From a virus (taxonomy: Duplodnaviria; Caudoviricetes): DNA of 49,975 bases. The translations under genes and the position numbers were made by a program. Positions 36,394-45,869 of this stretch are shown in pieces. The stretch is from positions 1-49,975 of the IMG/VR virus record IMGVR_UViG_3300020161_001351. The stretch is one strand, 5' to 3'. Below the pieces are notes generated by a model that saw only the letters and a program-made list of their open reading frames with translations, did no database searches and was not told where the DNA came from. How positions within the stretch are numbered: the first letter of the stretch is position 1; each line of letters starts with the position of its first letter.

Positions 36394-37424
36394 GTTTATC
36401 AACTTGGAAAAACACAGCAAGACAGGACATGAACCAGAAGAAGAAGTCTCCGAAGAAGAGCTTCTCTGGTGGTAACTTCTTTTGGAGAGATAAGCTGGCT
36501 CTGCCCAGTACGGTTACTAAGTGTCTGTTTATTGCCGCAGAGCATCTAAGCCCTGGGTGCGAAGAGCCTGCTATTTTCTACAAGGTTCCCAGACACACCA
36601 TTACGTTAGAGACAGCGGAAGGTAAAAAGTACTTTAAGAGCTTCGTATGTTCACACGCCTTCGGAGAGAATTGTTATGGCTGTGAGCTTATGTACGACAA
36701 GAGAGATAAGAGAATCAATCTCAAGGACCAGTACTTCTTCAGCGTAGTAGTGATGGATTGGTTCTTCAAGGTTCCTGCGGTTGATGCTGATGGCAAAGCC
36801 ATTCTCAGTAAGAAGACGGGAGAGCCCGTCTTCAATGTCTCTTCTCCCAAGAACCCAAAGGAGAAGCTGGAGTGGAGCAAGCGCCATGAGCGCCAGTTCG
36901 GCAAGAGAGCATATCTAGAAATTGGTAGAGGACACTTCTCCCACATACTGAGTATTGATGACGCCCTTACGGCGAACTGTTCCTGCGGTGGAGAGATCTC
37001 TACTTTACTGTATTCTTGTGGTAGCTGTTCCACTCCAGTGATTGATATGACCAGCACGGAGCTAACTCAGAAAGAGTTGGACCAGATCATTCAGTCACCC
37101 CACACTTGTAATATGTGCCACAATACCGATTTCCTAGAGCCTTCTATTCTATGTGATAGCTGTGCATCGGATGCTAATCCGGTTGGTGTTACTTCTGCAA
37201 TAGTGAATCTACAGAGACAGGGAGAAGGCACAAGCTCCGCAATCACTATGTCTGGGTTTACCCGGTTGCAGGATTTCAATGTTCCTACGGACAACCAGCC
37301 TGCAATCTCTGAGGATGGGGTATTTCACCCAGACCTTCTAGTGCATATGGCACCATATCCCTTTGACCAGATGTTCAAGCACGAACTCTCATACGACTAC
37401 CAGAAAGCTCTCTGTAACGAATGA
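36390..37424 (+). CDS. Putative single-stranded DNA-binding protein (gp32-like) with multiple Zn ribbons
   Basis: Lies between primase and polymerase; H...FVC...CYGC followed by four further Cys pairs. Start 36390 from the ATGA overlap. Family call is inference. Confidence 0.5.
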   Translation: MSLSTWKNTARQDMNQKKKSPKKSFSGGNFFWRDKLALPSTVTKCLFIAAEHLSPGCEEPAIFYKVPRHTITLETAEGKKYFKSFVCSHAFGENCYGCELMYDKRDKRINLKDQYFFSVVVMDWFFKVPAVDADGKAILSKKTGEPVFNVSSPKNPKEKLEWSKRHERQFGKRAYLEIGRGHFSHILSIDDALTANCSCGGEISTLLYSCGSCSTPVIDMTSTELTQKELDQIIQSPHTCNMCHNTDFLEPSILCDSCASDANPVGVTSAIVNLQRQGEGTSSAITMSGFTRLQDFNVPTDNQPAISEDGVFHPDLLVHMAPYPFDQMFKHELSYDYQKALCNE

Positions 37425-39466
37425 GATTTGTTACTTCGGTTCCAGATGCTATCTACATCTCGACATACGAAGAAGCATTAGCCCTAGCAAGATATCTGCT
37501 AACAAAACCCACCGGATTTGAAACTAGGCTGGCCCTAGACACTGAGACCACTGGACTGAATATTATGAAAGACTTTCCAGTCTTTTGGTCTCTCTCAGAT
37601 GGCAAGGATCGCTGGTGCCTCACTAGCGAACTCCTTGTTGGGGACATCTTTGATCTCCTCTTCAATGATGTAAACCGTTGGTGGGTTTTCGCTAATGCTA
37701 AATATGACTTGCACATGCTTGCCAATTTTGGCAAGCACATAGCAGGACCAGCATTGGACATTATTGTGATGTGCTGGCTCATAGACGAAAACCGAAAGAA
37801 TCGTGCGGGCCTTGGTTTGAAAGAACAGACCCGTGATTTCTGCGGCTATAATATGAAATCATTTAAGGACACTTTCAATATTAAGAGTGAGAGCGATATA
37901 GCAATAGAAATGCTAACTGCGCCAACACATATCGTGGCAAACTATGCTTCTGGTGACGCGTATTGGACCTGGGTACTATCAGAAGATCACGCTAACACGC
38001 TGAGAGATCTGCCCTTCTTCGCCTCCTATAGTGGGTGGGATTACTATATAGATATTGAGGTTCCCTTTACCAAGACTCTATGGAGAATGGAGCGGCGAGG
38101 TTTCCCAATAGATGCGGAATACTTATTATCCTTACGTCCATCCTTAGAGCAAAAAGTTATAACCTGCCAAGAAGAAATAAATCATTGGGCAGGCAGACCC
38201 ATAAATGTATCTAGCCCTAAGCAACTTCAGAAACTACTATATGATGACTTGGGACTTACTCCTGTTAAATGGACCAAGGGTGGAACAACTGGAAACCAGC
38301 AGCCCTCCACGGATGAAGAGACTCTGGATATCTATGCAGAACAAGGCATTCCTCAAGTACAGAAAATAGTAGAATACAGACAGGCCAAGAAACTAATTGG
38401 CACCTACATAGATGGTATTATTGAGAAGCTGCATAATGGTAGAGTTCATTGTACAATGAACCAGACAGGGACGGATACTGGACGCCTAGCTGTAAATGAT
38501 CCTAACCTTCAGAACATTCCGGCTAAGTCCGAAGAAGGTAAGAAGATTAGAGGGGCCTTTGTAGCTTCTCGCGGAAATAAGTTACTCGTTTATGATTACT
38601 CTCAGGTAGAGATGCGCTTGATGGCACATATGTCCGGAGACCCCAAGATGATTTCCGCTATTAGAAATGACCTAGATTTACATTGCTTTACTGTAGGTGA
38701 GATGATGAACAAGCCATATTCTCACGCAGTCTGCGCTAAAATAGTTGATGACCAGAAAGGCGTAGAGGATTTAGAGTACGCCGTAAAGAAGGCCATTAAA
38801 GCGACTAAAGCATCTGCAGAGCCTCTAAATGAGACGGATGCAATAACTCTAGTTAAACAGCTATATGCTGCCCCTGACTATGTGCATGAGATGATTAATC
38901 TGAGAAAAGCGGCCAAGGCCGTTGGCTTCGGCTTGATTTACGGGATTGGTCCCTCTAAGCTGGCCGGGGAATTAATGACTACTAAACAGAATGCTGCTGA
39001 TAAGATTGAGCAGTACTTCAGAGTATTCCCGTATGTGAAGAAGTTTATTGATACTACCAAAGCGACTACTAAAGCTAGAAGTGACCATACGGTACAGACC
39101 TTACTTGGTCGGCATAGAAGACTGACTATGATCAATAGCCGGAATCGTATGATTTCTTCTCAAGAAGAACGGCGCTGTGTAAACGTATTGGCCCAAGGCG
39201 GTGCTTCGGATATTGCCAGACTTGCAATGAATTCTATTGACCAGGACCCACTATTGGGTGGTGGCAGATTAGAGGGAGGAGAACTGGGAATCCAGATGCT
39301 ACTACAGATACATGATGAGATTATTCAGGATTGTCCAGATAATGAAGATGCTCTCCGCATAGGAGCGGAGAGAACAAAATACATTATGTCAAATCCGGGA
39401 ATTGAACTATCTGTCCCATTAGAGGTTTCAGGGGGGAGTGCCGAGTCATGGCTACACGCAAAGTAG
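37421..39466 (+). CDS. polA: Family A DNA polymerase with 3'-5' exonuclease
   Basis: ExoI DTETTG, ExoII NAKYD, ExoIII YASGD, TGRL...PNLQNIP, motif A DYSQVEMR, motif B KAVGFGLIYG, motif C QIHDE. Confidence 0.95.
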   Translation: MRFVTSVPDAIYISTYEEALALARYLLTKPTGFETRLALDTETTGLNIMKDFPVFWSLSDGKDRWCLTSELLVGDIFDLLFNDVNRWWVFANAKYDLHMLANFGKHIAGPALDIIVMCWLIDENRKNRAGLGLKEQTRDFCGYNMKSFKDTFNIKSESDIAIEMLTAPTHIVANYASGDAYWTWVLSEDHANTLRDLPFFASYSGWDYYIDIEVPFTKTLWRMERRGFPIDAEYLLSLRPSLEQKVITCQEEINHWAGRPINVSSPKQLQKLLYDDLGLTPVKWTKGGTTGNQQPSTDEETLDIYAEQGIPQVQKIVEYRQAKKLIGTYIDGIIEKLHNGRVHCTMNQTGTDTGRLAVNDPNLQNIPAKSEEGKKIRGAFVASRGNKLLVYDYSQVEMRLMAHMSGDPKMISAIRNDLDLHCFTVGEMMNKPYSHAVCAKIVDDQKGVEDLEYAVKKAIKATKASAEPLNETDAITLVKQLYAAPDYVHEMINLRKAAKAVGFGLIYGIGPSKLAGELMTTKQNAADKIEQYFRVFPYVKKFIDTTKATTKARSDHTVQTLLGRHRRLTMINSRNRMISSQEERRCVNVLAQGGASDIARLAMNSIDQDPLLGGGRLEGGELGIQMLLQIHDEIIQDCPDNEDALRIGAERTKYIMSNPGIELSVPLEVSGGSAESWLHAK

Positions 39467-39849
39467 ACAGTAGAACCAGTGTTGTCCCCTCCTGGGTTGC
39501 CGAGGCAATAGAACAATCCGGTGTTAAGTTAGATAAGAAAGATGCCATGGCACTATTTAATGCAGTGTGGGACAACATGGCCATCGAGTTTGCTCGTACT
39601 GGTAAACTCAGCATAAGGAAATTTGGAACACTGCACCTGAAGACTTACGTAAATAAAGATCTGGCCAGAAGGCACAGAACTAGGTGGATCCTGGCTACCC
39701 ACACTAAAGAGGTTATCCGTGATTATGATAATGACCTCTTGAATAGAGAAAGCCTGCCAGTAAAGATCAGTTGTGTGCTCTGTGGTAATAGTATGGATAG
39801 CAGCGAAAAAATTAACGCAATCTGCAAAGATTGCGCTGGAGAAAACTGA
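39448..39849 (+). CDS. HU/IHF-like DNA-binding protein with C-terminal Zn finger
   Basis: KKDAMALFNAVWDNM...GKLSIRKFGTL resembles the HU core; CVLC...CKDC. Confidence 0.55.
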   Translation: MATRKVDSRTSVVPSWVAEAIEQSGVKLDKKDAMALFNAVWDNMAIEFARTGKLSIRKFGTLHLKTYVNKDLARRHRTRWILATHTKEVIRDYDNDLLNRESLPVKISCVLCGNSMDSSEKINAICKDCAGEN

Positions 39850-40043
39850 TGGAAAAAAATGGAGTACTGGGAAGCCTCCCAACAGACAAGACTGCCTCTA
39901 AAGAAGGGGGTGTTGTTTGCCCACTTTGTAGGGAGCCCTGTTCAGTAGATGGGTCAATCCCAAAATGTCCCAAACATGGAACAGAGCCTTTTGAGAAGGC
40001 ACTCATGGATTCACTAAACAAGGAGTCATCCTACTTTGGCTAA
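39849..40043 (+). CDS. Small Zn-finger protein
   Basis: TGATG-coupled start; CPLC...CPKHG; contains KTAS. Confidence 0.6.
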   Translation: MEKNGVLGSLPTDKTASKEGGVVCPLCREPCSVDGSIPKCPKHGTEPFEKALMDSLNKESSYFG

Positions 40044-41211
40044 AAGAAAAGCGGCTGAGCTACCTAGCTCCGATAAGATTAAACGATTAGAAGACACGGT
40101 TATGGATATAAATAAGAAAGCAAAAGGGAGTGTAGTCATTCGGGGAATGGAGGATCTAACCTCTCCTTGGATGTACTTACGCAGACCTACCGGAGTAACC
40201 TCCCTGGATATTGGGTTGCATGGTGGAGTTCCTGCTGGGGGGATCTCCCGATGGTGGGGAGAACGTAGTGCCGGTAAGGACCTGATGTTCTGGAATGCTG
40301 TTAAAATGCAACAGATTATTTATGAAGACAACACGGCTATCGCAGTAGGCAATACGGATACTGGCCTTGATAAAACGCAAGCTAGAATGCTCGGAGTTGT
40401 TTTACCATACTCTGAGGATGAACTATTCGAGCTTCAGAAGGCAGAAGGTATTACCTATACCCCAGAAATTATTGCTGAGCTATCCAGCCGTGTGGGTATC
40501 TTCCATGAGATAATTGCAGAAAACTCTGAGATCTTATTGGATACCATTCTGCAACTGGTGCAGTTAAATATGTATAGCCTGATATGTGTCAATAGCTTGG
40601 GATCTCTGGCATCCTCCAAAGAGATAGAGATGGATACCTTAGAGGATTCTCCTCAGGTTGGTTATGATGCTATGTTGAAATCTCGCTTTGTGCGATTAGC
40701 CAATCACCATCTACGGCGTAAGGATGCCTTAGGAAGACACAATACGACGCATCTGTGGCTGATTGATCAGGTACGCAGTAAGATAGGTGCGTCTAAGTGG
40801 GAAGACCCCCTAAAGCCCACAGGCGCTCATCAGACAGACCACCTGATTATGACTGATGTAAAGGTTGAGGCTGGCGCCAAAATAAAGGTCGCAGATAAGA
40901 CAGTGGGTAAGATGATTCGCTGTATTATTAGAAAGCAAAAGTCTGGTGGTAACGAAGGAGAATCTATTGAATTCCCCTACCACCATCCCCATTCTCCTGT
41001 TGGGGCTGGAATTGACTTTGCTGGAGATCTAATCGATTGTGCTGTCCGCTATTCTCTAATTGGAAAGGCCGGTTCATATCTTGAGTATGAAGGAACAAAG
41101 ATATACAAATCGGATCTAACTGAAAAACTAAAGAAGGATCCAGAGCTATACACTCGTATGCGACAGGCCGTGTTCAAGAAAGCTGGGATACATGTCAACT
41201 ACGTTGAATGA
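40036..41211 (+). CDS. recA: RecA/UvsX-like recombinase with atypical Walker motifs
   Basis: PTGVTSLDIGLHGGVPAG, GERSAGKD, ICVNSL, IDQVRSKIG, GID..DL, KAGSY. Confidence 0.85.
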   Translation: MAKRKAAELPSSDKIKRLEDTVMDINKKAKGSVVIRGMEDLTSPWMYLRRPTGVTSLDIGLHGGVPAGGISRWWGERSAGKDLMFWNAVKMQQIIYEDNTAIAVGNTDTGLDKTQARMLGVVLPYSEDELFELQKAEGITYTPEIIAELSSRVGIFHEIIAENSEILLDTILQLVQLNMYSLICVNSLGSLASSKEIEMDTLEDSPQVGYDAMLKSRFVRLANHHLRRKDALGRHNTTHLWLIDQVRSKIGASKWEDPLKPTGAHQTDHLIMTDVKVEAGAKIKVADKTVGKMIRCIIRKQKSGGNEGESIEFPYHHPHSPVGAGIDFAGDLIDCAVRYSLIGKAGSYLEYEGTKIYKSDLTEKLKKDPELYTRMRQAVFKKAGIHVNYVE

Positions 41212-41626
41212 GGATGAGCAGAAATTAGTTGATGTCATAGTAAAACACTCGAAGATCAGCCAGTATGGTGCTTTCACTATTCAGGTAGTATCCAGCAGAA
41301 TAACAATTACCGCCATGTACTCTAATCCAATAGAAAAAGAATTTGCCTTCTTGAGCGAATTATCTGAGATATATAAAACAAAGGATATAAATGTTGGCCA
41401 GGAGAATAGACCTGGGTGTGATACCTGTGACCATGGTTCCGCGTATGGGATAACTGTACATTTGAATAATCCAAAGAACTTTGAAAATATCAGACAATTA
41501 CTGGTATCAACCGATGACCGGGAATTACGTTGGTCGTACAATGAGGCTGTTACTATACTAATGACAGGTACTTTCAAAAACTACGAACTGACCTCTACTA
41601 CATTTGAGCCGTATATAAAAGAATGA
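41192..41626 (+). CDS. Hypothetical protein (144 aa)
   Basis: Operonic ORF; PGCDTCDHG motif. Confidence 0.6.
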   Translation: MSTTLNEDEQKLVDVIVKHSKISQYGAFTIQVVSSRITITAMYSNPIEKEFAFLSELSEIYKTKDINVGQENRPGCDTCDHGSAYGITVHLNNPKNFENIRQLLVSTDDRELRWSYNEAVTILMTGTFKNYELTSTTFEPYIKE

Positions 41627-42072
41627 GGTCTACCCATTACTCGGATAAACAGGAGAAACGCTGGGCATCCAGATTGGATGGTCGTGTTTCTCCTGGTTCT
41701 GGAGCATCCGTTAGGTGTAAGAGTGATGTCACTTCCGAATTTTTCAAGGTGGAGTGCAAGACTACTACTAAAGATAGCTATCCTCTGAAACACGCAACAC
41801 TCTTAAAGATAGAGAGTGAAGCGCGAAAAGTGGCCAAGCATTTTATGCTAATAGTGGAATTCACTAATCACAGAAGAGAGCTAGTCCTAGTTGACCGGAC
41901 ACTTCTTGATATTGATGCTACTCAAAATACGGAAGTAGTTAGTTGCGAAAATTTGCAATACTTATTAGAGCCCCGAATAGATACTTGGACTCTTAAATTT
42001 GGAGACAGAGAATATTTAGTATTCCCCGAGGCTAAGTTTGAGACAGTATTTGATAAATGGTTTACAGCCTAA
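41623..42072 (+). CDS. Hjc-like PD-(D/E)xK Holliday junction resolvase
   Basis: QE.RWA...PGSGA...KSDV...VECKTT. Confidence 0.75.
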   Translation: MRSTHYSDKQEKRWASRLDGRVSPGSGASVRCKSDVTSEFFKVECKTTTKDSYPLKHATLLKIESEARKVAKHFMLIVEFTNHRRELVLVDRTLLDIDATQNTEVVSCENLQYLLEPRIDTWTLKFGDREYLVFPEAKFETVFDKWFTA

Positions 42073-42084
42073 AAAGGAAATCAA

Positions 42085-42801
42085 ATGACCTTAGAAGAAG
42101 TTGAGAGATTACTCAATCTGGAAAACAGATTTGAGCAGTACGATGAGGACAAGAACAACATAATTCAGGATAGAGATATTGATGGAAAAATCCATCCCTC
42201 TGGAGTAGGTGGGTGTGAAAAGAAGTTATGGTATGCGTTAACCATGACTGAGCCTCGCCATTTAATTCCTCCCAAACTGCGAAGAACATTTGAGCACGGG
42301 ACTGCCATCCACGAGTGGATACAGGAAAAGTTGCCCAAGATGTTTGGTCCGGATAGTGGGGTAGTTCTGGAAATAGAAAAGAAGCTACACGAAACTGAGG
42401 TAGCCAAGAAATTAAATATTGCGGGATCTGCCGATGGCCTATTCACCATAACGACACCCGACGATACCGTGAAGGTAGTGTATGAGATTAAGTCCATCTC
42501 AGATGATGGATGGAATAAGCTAGGTAGAAAACCACAGCCAAAGCACGTAATTCAGGCGACTATCTATGCCAAATGCTTTGAGGCGAATTACGTTTGCTTC
42601 GACTACTACAATAAGAATGCAGATGAGCACAAGCGCATATTTATAGAACCCTCTGAAGAAGCCTGGACTTATGTAGAGACATTAGTGGCACGACTATTTG
42701 ATCATCTAGATCAGGGTACTGTTCCGCAGGCTACTAAGAATCGGTGGGAATGTAAGACGTGCATGTATTACTACACCTGTCGACCCGAGAGGAATTCATG
42801 A
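42085..42801 (+). CDS. Cas4/RecB-like PD-(D/E)xK exonuclease
   Basis: HPS...C, GTAIH, GSADG, YEIKS, QATIY, C-terminal CxxC....C (Fe-S cluster pattern). Confidence 0.82.
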   Translation: MTLEEVERLLNLENRFEQYDEDKNNIIQDRDIDGKIHPSGVGGCEKKLWYALTMTEPRHLIPPKLRRTFEHGTAIHEWIQEKLPKMFGPDSGVVLEIEKKLHETEVAKKLNIAGSADGLFTITTPDDTVKVVYEIKSISDDGWNKLGRKPQPKHVIQATIYAKCFEANYVCFDYYNKNADEHKRIFIEPSEEAWTYVETLVARLFDHLDQGTVPQATKNRWECKTCMYYYTCRPERNS

Positions 42802-43352
42802 GGTTTGAATTTGATGCAACTCCTGAAGATATTGCAGAAGCGTACCGAGACACAAATGCGCAAGCTCAAGTACGTCTGTACGAGCTTGGGTTTAAACTCC
42901 GTACTGATCCAACACAAGATCGTCCAACAGATAGCAGTGGTAACTTTTATTCTGGAGAAGTTCCTCCTAATGCTGAGACGCTAACCAATACTGAGCTGTC
43001 TGAGCTGCTATCTATGCACGCAACTTGGACAAAATATATCAACGCGCAGTTGGCTGAGGCTGAGGCCGAGGTTAAGAATCATAAGAAATGGTTAGAAGCC
43101 CTCTCTGCCTCCTTACTCAAAATTGGCGGAAAGAATGCCAGTGTAGAGGACGATAAACGGTACATGGAGATAAACTCTCAGTTTATGTTTTGGGAGACTA
43201 TGAAGATCTACTTAGAGCGATTTAGAGATGACGCATCCGTGGACTATAGAACTCTCAGTAGAATCGCTACCATCAGAGGAATGGATCAGGATGCGAACAC
43301 TAGAATAAATACTATGGCCAGTAACCGGCAACCTTTTGCCAAACATAGATGA
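42798..43352 (+). CDS. Hypothetical coiled-coil protein (possible recombination mediator)
   Basis: ATGA-coupled start behind GAGG; helical; recombination gene context. Confidence 0.5.
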   Translation: MRFEFDATPEDIAEAYRDTNAQAQVRLYELGFKLRTDPTQDRPTDSSGNFYSGEVPPNAETLTNTELSELLSMHATWTKYINAQLAEAEAEVKNHKKWLEALSASLLKIGGKNASVEDDKRYMEINSQFMFWETMKIYLERFRDDASVDYRTLSRIATIRGMDQDANTRINTMASNRQPFAKHR

Positions 43353-43753
43353 TAGATATACAGTTCCCTCCTATTGGACTTCCCCCCTCTACAAATAAAG
43401 CTTACTTCTCCAGATTTGGTAGAAGGGTATTATCTGCTGAGGGGAAGAAGTTTAAAGAAGCCACCATCCATACTTTCGCCAAAGGGATAGTGGATGTTCA
43501 ACTACCTGAAGATCTTCAGAAGACTGCCCTAGTTCTGAAGATAGTTCTAGAGTTCCCGATATACACAAAGGCCGGCGACTTTAAAAGGGTAGATACCGAC
43601 AATAGAGTTAAGTTGGTAAAGGATTGTGTGGCTCAGGTTCTCGGTATTGATGATAAAAATATCTGCGCCGATATAGTGATAAAAGTTAATAGGGAACAAA
43701 ACCAATGCCTAGTGAGGGTATATGAATTCAACGGAGATGCATCAACTTATTAG
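43349..43753 (+). CDS. rusA: RusA-family Holliday junction resolvase
   Basis: PPSTN, DTDNRVKLVKD, GIDD. Confidence 0.85.
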   Translation: MIDIQFPPIGLPPSTNKAYFSRFGRRVLSAEGKKFKEATIHTFAKGIVDVQLPEDLQKTALVLKIVLEFPIYTKAGDFKRVDTDNRVKLVKDCVAQVLGIDDKNICADIVIKVNREQNQCLVRVYEFNGDASTY

Positions 43754-44006
43754 AATGTCCGGACTGGGCAATGCGAATGCCAACGCTACACAAGACCAAC
43801 TAGTTCAAATCTTAGATACTCTTGAGCCGGTTAGAAGTTCGCAAAATTCTATTAGATCTGCCACAGAAACCTTTGTACAACGGCACTGGGATATACTAAA
43901 ATACAGTTTAAAGTGCTCAGGTAATTGTGCTTCTGCGGATAACCAATGTCCGCACGCACAAGCAGTAGTTTGTTATTTCCTCAACAAGAAGGAAATATGC
44001 AGATAG
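43722..44006 (+). CDS. Hypothetical Cys-containing protein (94 aa)
   Basis: GAGG RBS; C...C......C......C near the C-terminus. Confidence 0.6.
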   Translation: MNSTEMHQLIRMSGLGNANANATQDQLVQILDTLEPVRSSQNSIRSATETFVQRHWDILKYSLKCSGNCASADNQCPHAQAVVCYFLNKKEICR

Positions 44007-44695
44007 CCTGCTGGACATGCAGTAAGACCACTAACTGTACCAAGTTACCGGACACCGTAGTCAAGGCCAAACTGCACATATGCAATAGGTATGAACAGAT
44101 ATCCGAGGAAGAAAGAGTAGCTAGAGATACTCTATTAAGTAAGGTAGGTACTCGGGTAATGAAAGCGTTAAGAGAAGTTCCACGAAAAGGAGTGCTCACA
44201 ATGACAGCAACAAATCCAGTAGTTAATTCCATCATCGAGGCAGTATCAAATGGGCATGTTGACGCCCTTAAGTCTGTTCTGGAGGGGCAGAATCAGCCCG
44301 CATTCCTGATGCTAGCTGCGTGTAAGCTAGACTCCCCAGAGAATGTTACCAGTGCTATGCGCGACGTGAAGACGGCGCAGGAAAAGGTCAATATTCTAAA
44401 GACCATCCTCATCAAGCTGGCTTCGGATAACAGCAATTCCGGACGTGCTCCCACTGGAGGGCCGGAGCCGGAAGTAGAGCAGGAGACTCCGAAGACCCGC
44501 AAGCCCCGTACTCCCAAGGCCGGCGGGGACACTCCGACCGCCGGGGATGCTGCAGATCTCGGAACATACTTCAATGGAGTATCTCAGAAACTGAGTGAGG
44601 TTCTGGCTGCGCTTACTCGCGTGGAAGAAGGAAATAAGCGGAATAATCAGCTGCTAGCGGCGGTAGCCGAGACTCTAGGGATTCCGCTCAACTAA
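43997..44695 (+). CDS. Hypothetical protein (N-terminal Cys cluster, basic linker, coiled coil)
   Basis: Start reassigned to 43997 behind AAGGA. An internal RBS before MTATNP may give a shorter product. Confidence 0.6.
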   Translation: MQIACWTCSKTTNCTKLPDTVVKAKLHICNRYEQISEEERVARDTLLSKVGTRVMKALREVPRKGVLTMTATNPVVNSIIEAVSNGHVDALKSVLEGQNQPAFLMLAACKLDSPENVTSAMRDVKTAQEKVNILKTILIKLASDNSNSGRAPTGGPEPEVEQETPKTRKPRTPKAGGDTPTAGDAADLGTYFNGVSQKLSEVLAALTRVEEGNKRNNQLLAAVAETLGIPLN

Positions 44696-45112
44696 GAATA
44701 TAGTCAGGGCGAATAGTAAGCCGGCAGCACCTATAGAAAGAGATGTTGGAACTACCCAAGAATTAGATTCTTGTTCTTGGGTTAATTCAATTATCTTTTT
44801 TAGCCTACGATCTGTCTGTTCGCTGAGAACATCTTTCTGTTTCTTTAGCTCACCAACCTGATCCTGCGTATTCTTTACTTCTTGCTTTAGATTATCTACC
44901 ATCTTTTGATAGATTCTAGAATCCTCATCACCCTTCTCTAATAGAGCTACGTACAGTTTCAAATCCGTGAACTGCGCGAAAGTGTAGACCATGTATGAGC
45001 TATCTACAGAGGAAGCCAACTCATACTTGTTAACATCAAAAGGGTCAATTCTTATTAGGTTACCCGGAGGTAATGCTAATAAGACGGCTAAGATTCCAGC
45101 AAGTGTGCCCAT
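44675..45112 (-). CDS. Membrane coiled-coil protein (possible lysis accessory)
   Basis: Signal-like N-terminus, coiled coil, C-terminal TM. Confidence 0.5.
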   Translation of the reverse strand: MGTLAGILAVLLALPPGNLIRIDPFDVNKYELASSVDSSYMVYTFAQFTDLKLYVALLEKGDEDSRIYQKMVDNLKQEVKNTQDQVGELKKQKDVLSEQTDRRLKKIIELTQEQESNSWVVPTSLSIGAAGLLFALTIFLVERNP

Positions 45113-45405
45113 GTTTTTGATTCCACTATCTTCTTTTTGGTAGCTTCAAACTTGCTGGAGGAGTTCTTAAGGGCCTCTTCCAGAGCCAGTCTTTGTTTCT
45201 CCAACTGTTGGTTTTTTAGCTGGAGTTGCAGTACTAGTTTCTCGGAGTCTTTTAATTTGCTGTCTTCGATAAGACTGTTCTTCTTTTCCTCGGCAAGAGC
45301 AAGCTGAGTTTTTAGCGTTAATATTTTTTGTTTCTGCCATAAAGCTATCAGGATTAGTCCTATGACTGCGATGGCTGAGAGAATATAGATTTTATTTTTG
45401 TCCAT
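45088..45405 (-). CDS. N-terminal TM coiled-coil protein (i-spanin-like topology)
   Basis: AGGAG RBS; single TM followed by a heptad-rich helix. Confidence 0.5.
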   Translation of the reverse strand: MDKNKIYILSAIAVIGLILIALWQKQKILTLKTQLALAEEKKNSLIEDSKLKDSEKLVLQLQLKNQQLEKQRLALEEALKNSSSKFEATKKKIVESKTWAHLLES

Positions 45406-45869
45406 ATTGCACTTGCTCCTGTAACCTTTGTCCAGTCAATCTTAGCCATTTCATTTATGACAATAGCGCCAGGGCCGGCAATGAATAAATATATTGCCTG
45501 ATGCCAAGGTAATCCAGAGGCAAAGTATCCTAGTAAACCAGCAATGGTGCCAGCACCCAATAAGAATATTCTAATGGTTGTACCGTGTTCTGGAGTAGCC
45601 CAGACACTAAGGGATCTAGCGATCTTAATTAGCGCATATAAGAAAGCACTAATGCTCCCCAATATACCCAGAAAAGAGCTGGGGTCAATGTGAACGGGCT
45701 TAGGAAGATCTGATGGAGGAAGTAATACAACATCAACAATTTCTGGCGTAATCGTTGGATCACCAGGGACAATAGATACTGCCTCTTGTACATCTGGATC
45801 TTCTTGCGACCAGGAGTTGCAAGGAAGCAACAGCAGTACTGAAATTATTAGCGCGTTAAGTTTGTTCAT
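45360..45869 (-). CDS. Multi-TM membrane protein (holin-like)
   Basis: Signal peptide-like N-terminus and three hydrophobic helices; downstream of the tail gene. Confidence 0.5.
   Translation of the reverse strand: MNKLNALIISVLLLLPCNSWSQEDPDVQEAVSIVPGDPTITPEIVDVVLLPPSDLPKPVHIDPSSFLGILGSISAFLYALIKIARSLSVWATPEHGTTIRIFLLGAGTIAGLLGYFASGLPWHQAIYLFIAGPGAIVINEMAKIDWTKVTGASAIWTKIKSIFSQPSQS

Noticed and set aside
42085-42801. CRISPR-Cas system suggested by the Cas4-like gene
   Set aside because: No repeat-spacer array or other cas genes were seen; the context is recombination.
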